Position numbers and translations under genes: made by a program. Shown piece by piece: positions 39,386 through 53,040 of a DNA stretch of 64,000 nt. Source of the DNA: Podarcis melisellensis. Its lineage: Eukaryota. Location of the stretch: the NCBI GenBank assembly GCA_964234715.1, contig OZ174280.1; one strand, written 5' to 3'. Each line of letters starts with the position of its first letter. The stretch's first letter is position 1. The notes under the pieces were generated by a model. That model was not told the DNA's origin. It saw only the letters and a list, made by a program, of their open reading frames with translations, and did not search any database.

Positions 39386-42300
39386 TACATTTTTGTAGGG
39401 AAGCGATGGCTGCTTAAAGCGGTATTATATTGCTGTACATGTATAGTGCAGATGGGGCCTTGGTTAAAAAATGGATAATTTGGAAAGTTGTGTTACGCAC
39501 AGAGAAAAGGCCAGAGATGAATATGGCAGATGTGTGGTGCCTATTGAAAATGTTTGGAGCCCAAGAAAACATGTAGAACAGCCCTCCACAATGGGTGACT
39601 CAATGGGTCGCCATGTATCATGGCCAGCAAGGAGCTTGAAACCCCTACTCCTCAACTGTTCTGATAAAATCAGAAGCACAGTGCCCCCAGACACATATTT
39701 TTGGGTACCACAATCTCACCCCCAAAAAGCACTTGATGGAATGGTATCTATAGGAGGCCATCTGCTGTAGAGCATAGTGATTTGTTGGGCATATGATACT
39801 TTAGTTCTTGTTGGGAAAGTTCATATAAAGCTGTCTCAGGTTTGTATATTCTCATCCTCACCCACCAGCAACCTACAATTTCTGTTAGAATATTATATTA
39901 TAATAGTAATACTTACTTTCCGGGTGTTACAAACATTTACCCATTCTACAAAGTCTCCTCAGGATAAATGATCCCATCAAATTGGGTGACAATTAAATGA
40001 TTATATCTGCATAACTGATAAACACAGAGGTTACCATCAGCATTTTCCATCATTTTTATTATTATTATTTTTTTAAATCCTAGCTTTAACTTGGCCACAC
40101 TAAACCAGATCAGGCTCAAATTCATTATGTTACGAAGCACTTATAGATCAATCCTGTACATGTCACCTCAGCAATAAGTCTCATTGAGTTCAATGGAATT
40201 TACTTCTAGGTACATGTGCATTAGGACAACAGCTTCATCTGCCTAATCCAGTCTGTCTCGTTTCTGTTTATGTGCAGATCAGGTTTTCTCCATGTATAAA
40301 TACAGTCTTGCTTGTTAATTCATATCTCCTTCTCTGTCCATAGTATTGACAAATACACCATGACCCTAGTTTTAATACAGACCCATTAATAATTTGGCCT
40401 CTGTGGGTGGGCGGATTATTACAGGAGGCCTTAGAAATAATTGCCCACTAATGTGAAAAAGCAGAAATATGTACAGTATTATATTGCTCATAATGTAATC
40501 ATTAAAATAACAATTATGTGATAATGAAAGGATTCATTATGCTTAAGTTTATCTTTACATAATGTTAATAGCTAACGAAAACTGCAAAGATTATATCTAA
40601 TTAAATTGAACAACATTACCAAAGCCTTCTTTGTAGAAAGGCGATCTTTAGCACAGAATTTTACATTCACGCGGAGTGTAGTTCAAGTCCATTTTTCACG
40701 TATTCAGAAATGTGACCATTTTATAATCAACTGTAACTGATTCTTTTCCATTAAATGAATTGGAAATGCATTCACTCAGGACAAATCCATTAAATGTACT
40801 TGAAATTATGTTGATGTGAAGTCCCTGAATAAATGAGAAATAGAAAATTACACAATAATGTGGGCTATTATTATTATAATTATTATGGCCTGTCATTCTG
40901 GAATGGCTGCTGAGACCTGGTGTTGATTGCAAATAGTTCTTCAGAGGTCAGATGGCACCAACAAGAGGGCATTAACTGATGGAGCATTTCATTCATGCAG
41001 CCTGAGGTTCTCAAGTGTTGCTTGTACAGCAATCATCCAACAGCGAATTCTCAGACAAGACCCAAGTTTCCCTCTGAGATAAGGAACTACCCAGAGAATT
41101 CTAATATTCTTCAGGAAACCATTTATCTCTTACCACATGCTTCATACCTACCAGCTTGTAGTTAAATGCCTGCAGCCCTGAGACACTTTTCCAAGGCCTC
41201 TGATTTCCCCCAAGGTTTCCGTTTATTTCTCTTTTCTGGAAAATCTCAGAAAAACTTGTTCCTTCAGAGGGAGTTCAACTCCTCCCAGAACAGCTAACTC
41301 ACCTGTCTCTGTATAACTTTGTGAGCAGAAACTTGTTCCAATGCATGAATTCTTGTTCCTTGCATCAAGCAGAGCACCTTATAACATCTCCAGTGTGAAC
41401 AGCTAATGATTAGAACCCATCAGAATAACTCATGGAAACATTTCAATAAATAATAGGTTGTTAGGTAGGTATGTGCACTGTAGCTGATAGTGCTCTAATG
41501 ACCTCCCTGGTGATGGGAGGAACTGATTTCCCTGGGATGATTATGATTGTCGGAGACCATAACTACAGTTTACAACATTGATTCTTTTAAAAATTAATGT
41601 AGCATGAGTGAGTGGGCTTTGTAGCAACCAGATTTCTTTCTGTTATTTGGAGAGGGAAACAGTGGCTGCTTTTATTTTCTATCAAAGGAACAAAAAAAAA
41701 AAAAACAGTCCAGATTTTATTAAACAATTACACTACGGAGTTATCTGTAAGGCATTCTATGGGTTGCACCCAATATGCCATTTTAAAAATCAAGGATGTA
41801 TATACTCTGTATGAGATCCTATTTGGATAATTGAGTAAGTGGCCAGATTTCCAAAAGAGTTGCATAGACATGTATTATATTGGGGAAAACGAATCATACA
41901 TTATGTGGAGAACCTGGGAAAATAAAACTCTGATTTCTCTTTAAAAAAAATAATCCTGTCTGTATTGTATTGTATTGTTTGTTCTCGTATTTGTTAATGC
42001 TTCAAAGCTTTGCAATGCATTATTCTTGTCCTAAAATTCAAACAAAGAAAAATGTGAAAATATGCTAACGGAACTGGCTTCATGCCAATAGTCCCATTTT
42101 TACTGCTTCCCAGTGTTGCAAGTAATGAAGATTCCTAAAAGCTCAGCAACATTGTTTCTTATTTGCATGAGAGGTTGAGAGAAGCAGTGGCAGCAAGATG
42201 CCCCCACTTTACACTTCGCTTGCTTAGTTATACTTGATTTTCTATACAAAGAACTAAATTGATATTTTCTTGTCTTGACTTAATTATTAAAGAATCATTC

Positions 42301-42544
42301 CAGATGGAAATATTTAGAATTGTGATAATTCTTTCTGGGTAGGCTCAGACACAACTGTTCTCTTTCCAAGAGTATTTGTGGCTGAAGTGCAGGAAAACTT
42401 ATTACAGTTCAGTTACTGCATCAGAAATGTATCTAAAATAATAAGAGCTAGAAACTGTATTTGTCCCATTCATGGCCCATCTCATAGCCTCCAACATTTC
42501 TACAATGAAGATAGGGATGCCCCATTCCATAATATTAATAATAC

Positions 42545-42715
42545 TAATAGTAATAATAGTAATAATAATTTTACTGTTTATAATCCACCCATCTGACTGG
42601 GTTGCTCCAGCCACTTTGGGTGTCTTCCAACATATATAGAAACATAATACTGTAAAAAATTTAACAGGGCTGCCTTCAGGTATCTTCTAAAGGTTGTATA
42701 GTTACTTACCGGTAT
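42545..42715 (-). mobile_element. L2-type 3' end with (AAT)n tail
   Basis: ccacccatctgactgggttgctccagccactttggg..cttcc and agggctgccttcagg..tcttctaaa are reverse-complementary to 37310-37420. Confidence 0.65.
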
Positions 42716-43945
42716 CTCCTTGGTTTGGGGGTTGCATAACTCCATACCCTCCGACATTTCTCCGATGAAAATAGGGACATCCTAAGGAAAAGCAGGACAT
42801 TGCAGGATTAAATCAGAAACCGGGACAGCTTCTGTAAACCTGGGACTGTCCCTGGAAAATAGGAACAATTGGAGGATCTGCCATCTTGATGATGGTGTGT
42901 GCATTTGTGGTTGTGCATTCATGGGAAATTTCTTGGATCAGGTTGCATTGTTCCAGTGTTTAGTCTTGGGAAGGCTGGTGTGCAAAACCTAACCCCCAGC
43001 TGGTGAAGGTTGAGGTTCCTCTTATGTAGCTTTCATGAAAGATGAGGTTAACATTTCTGTGTGCACAGATATGAAAGGAAAACACTGCCAAGGTACACAG
43101 ATTGGCTGCTCTTCCCAACTTAATGAAGGGCATGTTCATCAGAAAAAGAGCTAAACATATTGCGAAATGCCAGGTACCCAATTACATGGAAGATGTTAAC
43201 TAAAATGCTTTTATTATCACAGTGAATTAAGTGGATGTCTGAGGCCCTAATCGCTACTGTAGATAATCAGAGAAATGTGCTGTACTTTCACCCTTTATTT
43301 ACAAATAGCGTATGCTGCATGTATCTTGCCACATGTTGACCATTTCTCGTGCTTCTAAATATTGGCATGGCTTTAGCTAATTGCACTGCCTGTGGGTGTG
43401 ATAGGGCTGTCATTTCTTTACTCTTTGTTACTTTCCCCACACTAGCTCTGAAATCTCAGGTGGAATCCATTGACATATGGTTTGCACACATAGTTAGAAT
43501 TGAAGGGTTAATCTCTGAGTCTTCCATGTTGAACAGTATCCGCAGTAAAACTATTAGTAATATTTTGAATGAATTATTCTCCAGTGTATCTGTGGCAATT
43601 AATACTTGATAACCAAAATAGGAAGAGGGGAAAAACACATGGTTTATAGGACCAGGACATAGATCCCATTTTTCCCTGATGTCCATATTAATTTCTTCAT
43701 GTTCCACAATACTTGCATATTATATCAGTTGGGAATTCTCTTGAAATAAGATAGCCACACAGTTACACAGATTACATCAGTCCATTGTTGCTGGTGGTTC
43801 ATTTTCAGAATTAGCCATTCCATGCCTAGGGTCTTTTCTACACACACACACCCCCCTTAGAAGTGGTCAGCACAATTGCTTTGTAATGTGAGCAAAACAT
43901 CCAGACACAAAAGCACATTCAAATATGGGGGGAAACCCAATGAAG

Positions 43946-43976
<31 letters not shown>

Positions 43977-44754
43977 GAATTGCTGTATTTTTGTAACAAT
44001 CAACTATGAATTTAGCAGCCATGTTGTTATGCTGAAGTGTGCAAACATCTATGTTCAGTACATCTAGAGCCCTGTAAGGAGGAGGAGTAGAGTGGCATGT
44101 AAATCAATGGGAATGATTTGTGGAAAATTCACTTATAATCCTGACAAATGCATACGTTAGTGCCAGTACAAGATTGTAGCCTAGTTCATAGCCTAGATGA
44201 GGTGGCTGAACTGTTCTTGGACTGCTCCACATCAAACTGCAGGTGGGAGGAGAGGTTGAATTACTCAACGCTCCCTTACTTGTTTCCTTTTTAAAATGCT
44301 TTCCACATATCTAAGTAATTGCAAGGGAGAAATGTTCAAGCTGTGCCTTCTTTCTAATGTGCTGGTTTTCTATGTGTAAGGCATTTATTTCAAGAGGGTG
44401 TAATGGTATAGCCCAGGCCACCAGCAACTTATGTGAACTAGGCCTAGGAGTGCATCTACATAGCTGCTCTAAGGAAGCAGTCCAGACTCATAGAGGCTTT
44501 AACGGATGCTGAGCCTCCTCTTTTCCAGATAAGTTCCATCAAGGTTCCACTCCACAATACCGACCTTGGTGCCAATTGAGGAGGTGTCCTAGGAAAAGAT
44601 CTGTTTCTCCAGAGTATCAGTTGCACTGTTAAAGTGCTGAACGAAGAGCTTGGGGAGTTTTCTCTAGCCTCTCCTAGATGTTATACTGAACCTGGAGTTA
44701 TAGGAGGGTTGCTTGAAAAAAATAGTTGGACTGTGTTTGTCCAGCAGCCTAGCG

Positions 44755-44893
44755 CAGGCATGGGTAATCTGTTGCCCTACAGATGTTATTGGACCCCAAC
44801 TTCCATCAACCTCTGCCAGCAATGCCAATGATCTGAGCTGATGGGAGTTGTAGTCCAGCAACATCTGAATTGCCACAGGGTTTCCCATCCCTG
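44755..44893. mobile_element. Palindromic hAT-type MITE, older copy
   Basis: caggcatgggtaa...ttcccatccctg; gatgggagttgtagtcc core; flanks gcctagcg / acctagaa. Confidence 0.8.
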
Positions 44894-46789
44894 ACCTAGA
44901 AGTTTCAAGGTCTACCTTTTTGGGTATCTCAACAATAAAGTCCCCATGTAACACATTTTAAGTCAACTCTCAACCTACAATAGAAATAAACGTGAGGACT
45001 TTTGCATAATAGAGGTGACACCATGCTTACTGTATCTGATTTGCTATCAGGAAGACTAATTGGATAGAAAATGTGTTTCAAAGCAAGGAAAGGCCCTGTC
45101 ATGTATCATAAACATAACCTACATACCCAGCTAGCAAGCCCTTAGAGTGATATGCCACTGAGAGATTGGTGCATTAATATCCAGAAAACAGGAATATTAG
45201 ATAGGAGGGATTGCCTCAAGGACCTTTATATCTGTATGCCTTGACCTCTGCTAAGGTTTTTCAAAAAGGTATTATCTATGGGATTCTAGCTCTGTGCTGT
45301 GGGTGCTCCTGCTTACCAGATTTGCAGAGAGGGCATCTCTTGCAAACCATCAGATTGCCATCCAGGGGTATTATTACAGACCTCAAATGTATCGGTCTTT
45401 CACATTCTGGCAAGAATTAAATAAACTAAAATAGTATATTTCTGTAGAAACAGCAGCTTACTAATGAACTATAGCCAGAGGTGGAGTGTTGAGGGGATTG
45501 TGTAACTTAAGTCAGTATGTGGCAGATTTTGAACTGGAAATGACAATCCTGTTTCCTTCCTAAGGAAAGGCTGATGCTCAGACTAAACTTTGCCATATCC
45601 TTATGATATGAATGAACCTTTGCTAAGGATTGATGAATTCCTCAAACAACAGTGCTTTATTTAATCTAAATTTGACCTTAATTCTCCCTTGGGAAGGGAC
45701 TCGCACCTGAAACCATTATAGTGCCAACTGTGGTTTCAAAATAAATCCTATCGAACATATAACCAAAATAGTTTTGAAACCCTGGTAATTTTCAAGAGGA
45801 AGGGCACCACAACATTCTCTCAATATGTGATCTGCCAAAGTACTGGGCTAGACCAAAGTGGCTGGGAAAGTCATCGATCCAGACATATTATACACCAGTG
45901 TGTGATATAAATATTTGAAAATCAGACTCAGAGTGTTATTTACATGTGGGGTTATGAAGATTAGAGTTGTATGTGAAGGAGAAGCCTTATTGGTTTCGAA
46001 AGACTCAGATGAAAGCAATAGCTGGAAGTATCCAATATGCAATCATTGATCTTCACAGTTCCGGGCGGGGGGGCGGTGTTGTTGTTCTTTCCAGTCCAAT
46101 CAAACTTAAAATGCTCTTCCAGCTTTACACTTTAGAAAGTCATCTCTCTCTATAACTGAAGGAGTCTTCTAGATTGCAGACTGGGGGGGGGGGATTAAAC
46201 TCTTGCATCCTCCCCACCCCCTGTTAAACTGGATGAGATACAAAATTGCCTGCCTTGCATTGCTCGAATCAAAGTTTCTCTTAATAATAAGCATACCATT
46301 CTTCTCTGTATTCCTCTTTTTCTCTCTGATTCCATTATGAAAACAGCACCAAAAAAAAAAAAGAGCGATAAATCATAATGACATGAATCTTTTGTATTCT
46401 GTGATGCTCTGGCAGTGGGTTCTCTGATGTGATTGCAAGGGGTGGGGGAGATCAGCAGCTATCTGATGGGAAATAAAGCAAGCTATTTTTCATCACAACT
46501 TAAGCAAACATTGGGGAGGAACAACCTAGAATTCTGCAGGGACCATTAGGTTTTATATCGTCACACAAAGTATTCTTATGATTCTTTGTATTAAGGATAA
46601 TACAGAAAATAAGTTTTAGATCTATTTTGCCCCCTCTTCGTTAAGCATTAAAGCGACACCAGCCTCGGATCAATCTTCTTTTAAAACTATGTTAATATTT
46701 ATATTTGGAGATGTGAAATGTGGTGCTTCTTTTGCTTATTGTTTAATACACCTGCAATAACTGAAGGAACTTTCTAGTCCCGCATATAT

Positions 46790-47060
46790 ACCAATGGCTG
46801 ATACAGATTGGTGGCCCTGCCTTGATTGTCCATCTCCCTCCAGGCAGCAAAGCTGCTGAACAACAGGATGGCTAGTGCACCAAAAGAATCCCACCTCTGA
46901 CTCTCTGACCCAATGCCAAATACAGACCCTCAAATCCAGCTCCCGAGAGGGCTGTCCTCCTGGTAAGGGATATGGAATCCCTGAGGGTGGTGGCTGCTAC
47001 TCCCCTATCACCCAGCCAATGAGCTCCATAACTGTAGAAGCGCAATGGAAAAGGTCCCAG
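46790..47060 (-). mobile_element. Degenerate L2-type apurinic endonuclease fragment
   Basis: Minus strand GDRGVAATTLRDSI and GFEGLYLALGQRVRGGILLVH*P resemble GRGGGVA and LGILLVYRPP. Confidence 0.55.
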
Positions 47061-48062
47061 TCAAATCTCTGCTGGAAGGGTTCACAGAGCAGCTCCTCAC
47101 CCAGTGATTGTGGAATAGGTTCATATAGGAGAAAGCCTAATTTGAGAATTTCCATGAAATGACAACTATCAAATCAACAGATAGTTAACACAGGAAGTAG
47201 CTGGTGTCATTCACACATCATTAGCTGCACAGATGTTCAGCCAACTTGTTTTCTTGTTCATTTATGTGTATTTCTTTCTCATCCTGTAATGTAAGGCAGT
47301 TGTAGATTTGAGTGCCCCACCTAGACAGCCATCAAGCCCAATCCCTCCTCCAAGCTGGCACCATCGACATATCATCAACAGAACATAATATGGATCATAA
47401 CTTGCCAAATACCCAGAGTGCAACCAAACACAAGTGCCAGTAGAGGAGGCAGCAAACATAATCTTTTTATTTAAAAAATGCATCCTTACACCCCACTTTT
47501 ACATTTCGAGTGAACTTTATCAGTGCAAGAATAGTGGGAACTGCTGTGTGTATTCTTGAAGAAACATGCAGCTTTAATTGTACACAAAATATATTCATCT
47601 TAAGTTCGCAGTGATATATGTGGAGAGGTCAGAACCTATCCCAGTGCACATGCTCATCCATGCTCTGTCTTCTAGTGAGAAAAGGTCACTGGATGCATTT
47701 TCCATAGGTTTGCCAGCAACAGGAGCTCCTTCGGTGGTATCATTTCAACAAGCACAGAAGAGCAGGTTTAGGTCAACAAACACCTGACTGGTTTGTGAGG
47801 TTCTGCAAGTAATGGGGATACAGATTTAAAACAGGAAAGCGGGTGTATTTGCATCAGATATCATAGCATTATTCTATAGAAAACCCTGCTGTGTTGTGTT
47901 ATAATGAATCTCACCAGCTCAAATGGCTTTCGTTTTTGTACCCAGAGAACAGTAGCACAAAATGCATAGGCCATTTTAATGTCATAGGTTACGAAACTCT
48001 GACACTGAGTATTAATGTAAAATGCATTAGCATTGCCCAAGGCAAGCCCTCAAAACCCAGAG

Positions 48063-48066
<4 letters not shown>

Positions 48067-48107
<41 letters not shown>
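48067..48107. repeat. (CT)n microsatellite
   Basis: Direct read. Confidence 0.95.
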
Positions 48108-48110
<3 letters not shown>

Positions 48111-48608
48111 TTGAATTAAGTGCAGTTAAGCAACTTGCATAGCATATGTATAATTCAGAATCTGTATAGATACATATGTGGAGTGCTTCATTTTTTAAAA
48201 AACAAACAACCCAGCCATAGCATTGAGAAGCAGTACAAATAGCACAATTCCAATTTTCCTGTAGACAGTCAGAGCAATGGTATGAACTGGTTGTGTTTTG
48301 CAAAATGTTAACCTGAAGGCATCATGATGTGACCGTACTATGCATCAGTGCCAGAGCTGGCCTGAGACATTTTCCTGCTTCACCCCAGAATCAATGAGGT
48401 GTCTCCCATTATCTCTTGAAATGCACATGGCTGTAAACACTCTCAAGAATTGTGATGTTGCAAGGATTCCATGCCTCTGGAATCACATGGGGGCTTCATT
48501 GACTCCTCTAGGAAAAATATACAACGTCAATAAATTGATTGGTTGATTGATAGCACGCTGCCCTTCACCGCAGGGCACATCACAACATAAAAATACAAAC
48601 ACTTAGAT

Positions 48609-48744
48609 CAGGCACCCCCAAACTGTGCCCTCCATTTGTTTTGGGACTACAATTCCCATCATCCCTGACCATTGGTCCTGTTAGCTAGGGATGATGGGAG
48701 TTGTAGTCCCAAAACAGCTGGAGGGCCAAGTTTGGGGATGCCTG
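48609..48744. mobile_element. Palindromic hAT-type MITE (136 bp)
   Basis: caggcacccccaaact...agtttggggatgcctg; perfect 8-bp TSD acttagat at 48601-48608 and 48745-48752. Confidence 0.92.
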
Positions 48745-50297
48745 ACTTAGATTGTTTCCATAGTTGGACCAACGTTAAACAGTGCTATTAAAGCAGCACA
48801 CATCTCCACTAGATTCAGAGTATGCATCTCATACAAAGGCAATAGGAGTCCTATATCAGCTTGGTTCAGTGAATCTGCTGTCATTCTGGACTACTGCAAG
48901 AAACGCGAATGAGATGCTGGTAGAAGGGGATCCTATTATCTGTATTCTGCTTAACAGCCTTTTTTCAAGACGCTTTCATATACAATAGAAACACGCTTCA
49001 GTGACCCAGCCAGTTTACATGGGGTTTCACTCTGCATATAGAGCAATTGGATGGCAGTGTGACATGTATTCTCTGCCATGTGATTGAACTTGATGTGCTC
49101 CTGCCTTGCCTGAGTTGCTTGCAGGTCATCCTAGTCTGCAGTCCTTCTCCATAAGAAGGGGAAATGTGGTGTGATCCTGATGTCCTGGAAATGCCATTCA
49201 TCAAAGCATCCCAGATATATCTATATATCTTATTTAGGACAAGAGCTGTGCAAGCTAGCTAAAATTCAGATAAAACTACACCAAACTTTTAACTCAATTA
49301 CATATCATATCCTGTAGTGGCAATTCAAAACCTAGGCTAGCTAGATTTCTCCAATCTGGTGTCTTCCAGATTGTTTGTTATACAACTTTTACAATCCTTG
49401 ACTATTGGTCATGCATACTGAAGCTGATAGTGCTTATAATCCCAAACATCTTGAGAACCCAAGCCGGGAAAGGCTGATCTAGATCATAATTTTTTTGTCA
49501 GCTTCTTCCAGAGAAAGGGAAGGGAAAATATCCCAGAGTCCAGCCATAAGTTGTTGGTGATTTGCAGCGGAAGGTCTGGAAACTCATAGATGAATGCATT
49601 TCTATGGCCAGCAGCTTAATTGTAAACTAAGAAGCAGATTCTAACAATAGAAATATGCAAAAGTTTATACATTGGTATTTTCCACTGAGACTATTCTAGC
49701 CCCATAGATGTGGTTTCCATTCAAGGAAATTAAATCCAATTGTATTTTATTTAAAGTAGTATATAGCACCCTGAATGCTGTTACTAGGTATTGGAAAAAA
49801 ATGCACTTGTTTGTCAATATAAATTAGATTCCTCCTGTTTCTTCACATATTGAATTTTCACATAGTAGGAGGAAAGGGAATATCCTTTAGCATCACTTTC
49901 ATTGATCTGGGGACTGCATGTCTTTTCAGAGGCTCTGGAAATGTGTTGGCATCTCAAAGTAATGTTATGCTTGCATTTATTGCAAGCAATGGATGCTTCT
50001 TGATTCCAAAATGTATTGCCTCCTCTGGTACAAAATTTCTGTTTTATTCTTGCAGAAGAGAGAGCAAGGGAAATAATCTACTGAGAAATCAAGTGCAAGT
50101 ACTTGGCACTTTTCCATGTATAGGTTTTAGTAACTGTGTTTCTTTCTAAATAAGTTCAAAATCAAATCGCTAGCATTTATACTTACATAGAAGTACTGGG
50201 TTGTTGTTTTATGAAATGTGAAAGTCAGCAATACTCAGCAATGGCACTCAGCAAGGAAAGCTCTTATCATAAAGGCAGAGATTAAGAGTAAATCTCC

Positions 50298-50654
50298 GGA
50301 CGCGGGTGGCGCTGTGGGTAAAAGCCTCAGCGCCTAGGGCTTGCCGATCGAAAGGTCGGCGGTTTGAATCCCCGCGGCGGGGTGCGCTCCCGTTGCTCGG
50401 TCCCAGCGCCTGCCAACCTAGCAGTTCGAAAGCACCCTTGGGTGCAAGTAGATAAATAGGGACCGCTTTCTAGCGGGAAGGTAAACGGCGTTTCCGTGTG
50501 CAGCTCTGGCTCGCCAGAGCAGCGATGTCACACTGGCCACGTGACCCGGAAGTGTCTTCGGACAGCGCTGGCCCCTGGCCTCTTGAGTGAGATGGGCGCA
50601 CAACCCCAGAGTCTGGCAAGACTGGCCCGTACGGGCAGGGGTACCTTTACCTTT
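50298..50654 (+). mobile_element. Sauria SINE, young CpG-rich copy with 107-bp flanking duplication
   Basis: Head ggacgcgggtggcgctgtggg (A box), ggtttgaatcc (B box variant), tail acctttaccttt. Direct repeat at 50187-50293 and 50655-50761. Confidence 0.93.
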
Positions 50655-50770
50655 ATAGAAGTACTGGGTTGTTGTTTTATGAAATGTGAAAGTCAGCAAT
50701 ACTCAGCAATGGCACTCAGCAAGGAAAGCTCTTATCATAAAGGCAGAGATTAGGAGTAAATATATGGGAC

Positions 50771-50939
50771 CAATATTCTTATGCAAAGGGAATTAACATA
50801 TCTAATGAGACAAAGAAAGTAAAAGACCTGGGGAACATGCTACAGTACAATCTAGCCTTCTCTGCTTTCATTTGTCCCCCAGGTCTTTTACTTTCTTTGT
50901 TTTGTTAGATATGTTAATGCCCTTTGCATAAGAATATTG
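50771..50939. repeat. Inverted repeat, 67-bp arms with a 35-bp spacer
   Basis: 50771-50837 is the reverse complement of 50873-50939 with 5 mismatches by manual comparison. Confidence 0.92.
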
Positions 50940-52541
50940 CTGAGTATGGCTACAGGTGACTTCCTCTCCATGTAGTTGTTGCTGCTATGACAGCTTCAAG
51001 TTTGCCATTCATCTCTTTCTATTCTCCAGAAACAACAGGTAGCTGCTTTCTACTGAATCCATTAATCCATTGATAGTGGCATAGAGTGAACAACACCTTA
51101 GCCATTTTGCTAGATTAGAGCACAAATGCAAGTCTTCATACTCATGTTAATTTTCACCAACAGAAGCTTTGTACCAGAGGTTCCTGTAGCATATCAGTAA
51201 AAATGCAATGAAAAAACACTCAGCATCCAGCACAGTATATTTCAAATGCTTAGTGGGGGGGGGGAATGGGGGTAAAAACTTAGTGGTCCACCAAAACCCT
51301 CAGCAATTTTCAAGAGGTCCATGGGGTAGGGGAAGTTTGGAAACCACTCCTTTAGATACTTCCTGCGGTGGGTAATATATTCAATTATTGTTAGGAAATT
51401 CATGAAACATTTGCCCCTGATAATATTCAAAAGAATACTAGATTGAGAAGTTAACATGGTTCAAGCCCCTAAAGCCTACTTTTTATATAAGGGAACTGGA
51501 CTAGGTTGCAAAGAATGTCCTTTTAAATAGGCTAACCTAAATAAATAAATAAGAAACATATATTTAGCAGTGGTATGGCTGAAAATTGAAGAGGCTGGAG
51601 CGGCTGCCACACTTAAGTTTCTGTTGATAAAAAGTGACATTTAAAATTAAAATGAAGAAAATAATCCCTAAAGCAAGGCTTTGTGATGCTGGCCATTTGT
51701 GCCACCAGTTTGTATTAAGCACTGAAGGGAGGTAGAAAGACCTGTGGAGATTTGTTTTTCATTAAGGCATGAATTAACATTCAGGCAGCTGAGCTAAAAT
51801 AGGTTTGCATAAAAGTTGGTGTTCTCAATTATTTGGAGTTCCATTCTATACAGTGAAATTAGAATTTTGAGTTATCATTTGAAAGTCTTTTCTTCCCCTC
51901 CTCCCGCCCCACTTGCAAAGCAAGATTATAATGGTTACTGGGGATTTCGATTAGGTGGCATTCTTATATATTGCTCACCTTATCTCATCACCAATTCTTT
52001 TCAAGTGACAAACTGAATTAATGTCATACATTAAATGCAAGAAGCTATGTAGATTCACCACTATGGCTGAGATTTTTTTTCCCCACCCTGACAATAAATA
52101 AAGATATTCAAAAGCTGTATGCAGTACAGTTCCTTCTCAAGCATATATGCAGTATTATTAACACTAATCCAATGTGTGTACAAAATGTGCAAACTGACCT
52201 GAAATCAGCAACTGTGGCATTTGAGGAAGGTGGGGGGGGGGGCTTCTCACTAATTGCCTCGCACTACACAGCTTGAATTTTCAGGATTTCACATCACCTT
52301 TGTTATGCATGAGAAATCTAGTCTATCCTGGTTGCATAATATACAGAATTAATCAAGTCCATTTCACACACACATTTCCCCATAGATGGATTCCATGGTG
52401 GTGGGAGTCTCTTTCGTGTGATGCATTCACACACTGCGGGGAACTGTTTTAGCGTTGTGTGATTCCAAAATGTATAACAATTCCATGAGAAGACCAAGCT
52501 GCAACACAGAACTTCACCACACTAAAGCAGTTCACATTCTA

Positions 52542-52544
<3 letters not shown>

Positions 52545-52580
<36 letters not shown>
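52545..52580. repeat. (GT)n microsatellite (others at ~38604-38629 and ~43946-43972)
   Basis: Direct read. Confidence 0.95.
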
Positions 52581-52584
<4 letters not shown>

Positions 52585-53040
52585 GGATACTTAGCTTATT
52601 GTGCATGGATTTAGTTTATAATTCATGGCTAGCTGACCCCTGGCGCAGATGCCCTAGGAAGCATTAATAGTTTGCATCACGCTTGAACAGGAACAACTAG
52701 GTCTATGCACCTAAGTATGGCAATTGTAAGGCTTCTGCTCCTTTTATTTTCCCTCTTCTACACTGCAAGAGTGTATTATGTACTGTAGCGTAAAGTGGTG
52801 CTGATGTTTTGGTCTTGACTTACAGCTCAATTGACGAAAAGGTTAGCTGAACGATTATAGTAGCTTGCCACCTCTCCTCCCTCTGTGTCTGCTGTGGGTT
52901 TTTGTGTGTGTGCAAAACAGATAAGCTTGCTTTTCCATTTAGTGAGCGGCTACAATCTCAGACGGGTCATGTTCTTCAGCAGCCTATTCTACACTTTTTA
53001 TTTCCATTTGAATTTAGTTCTTCGCATGCAACCAAATGGG

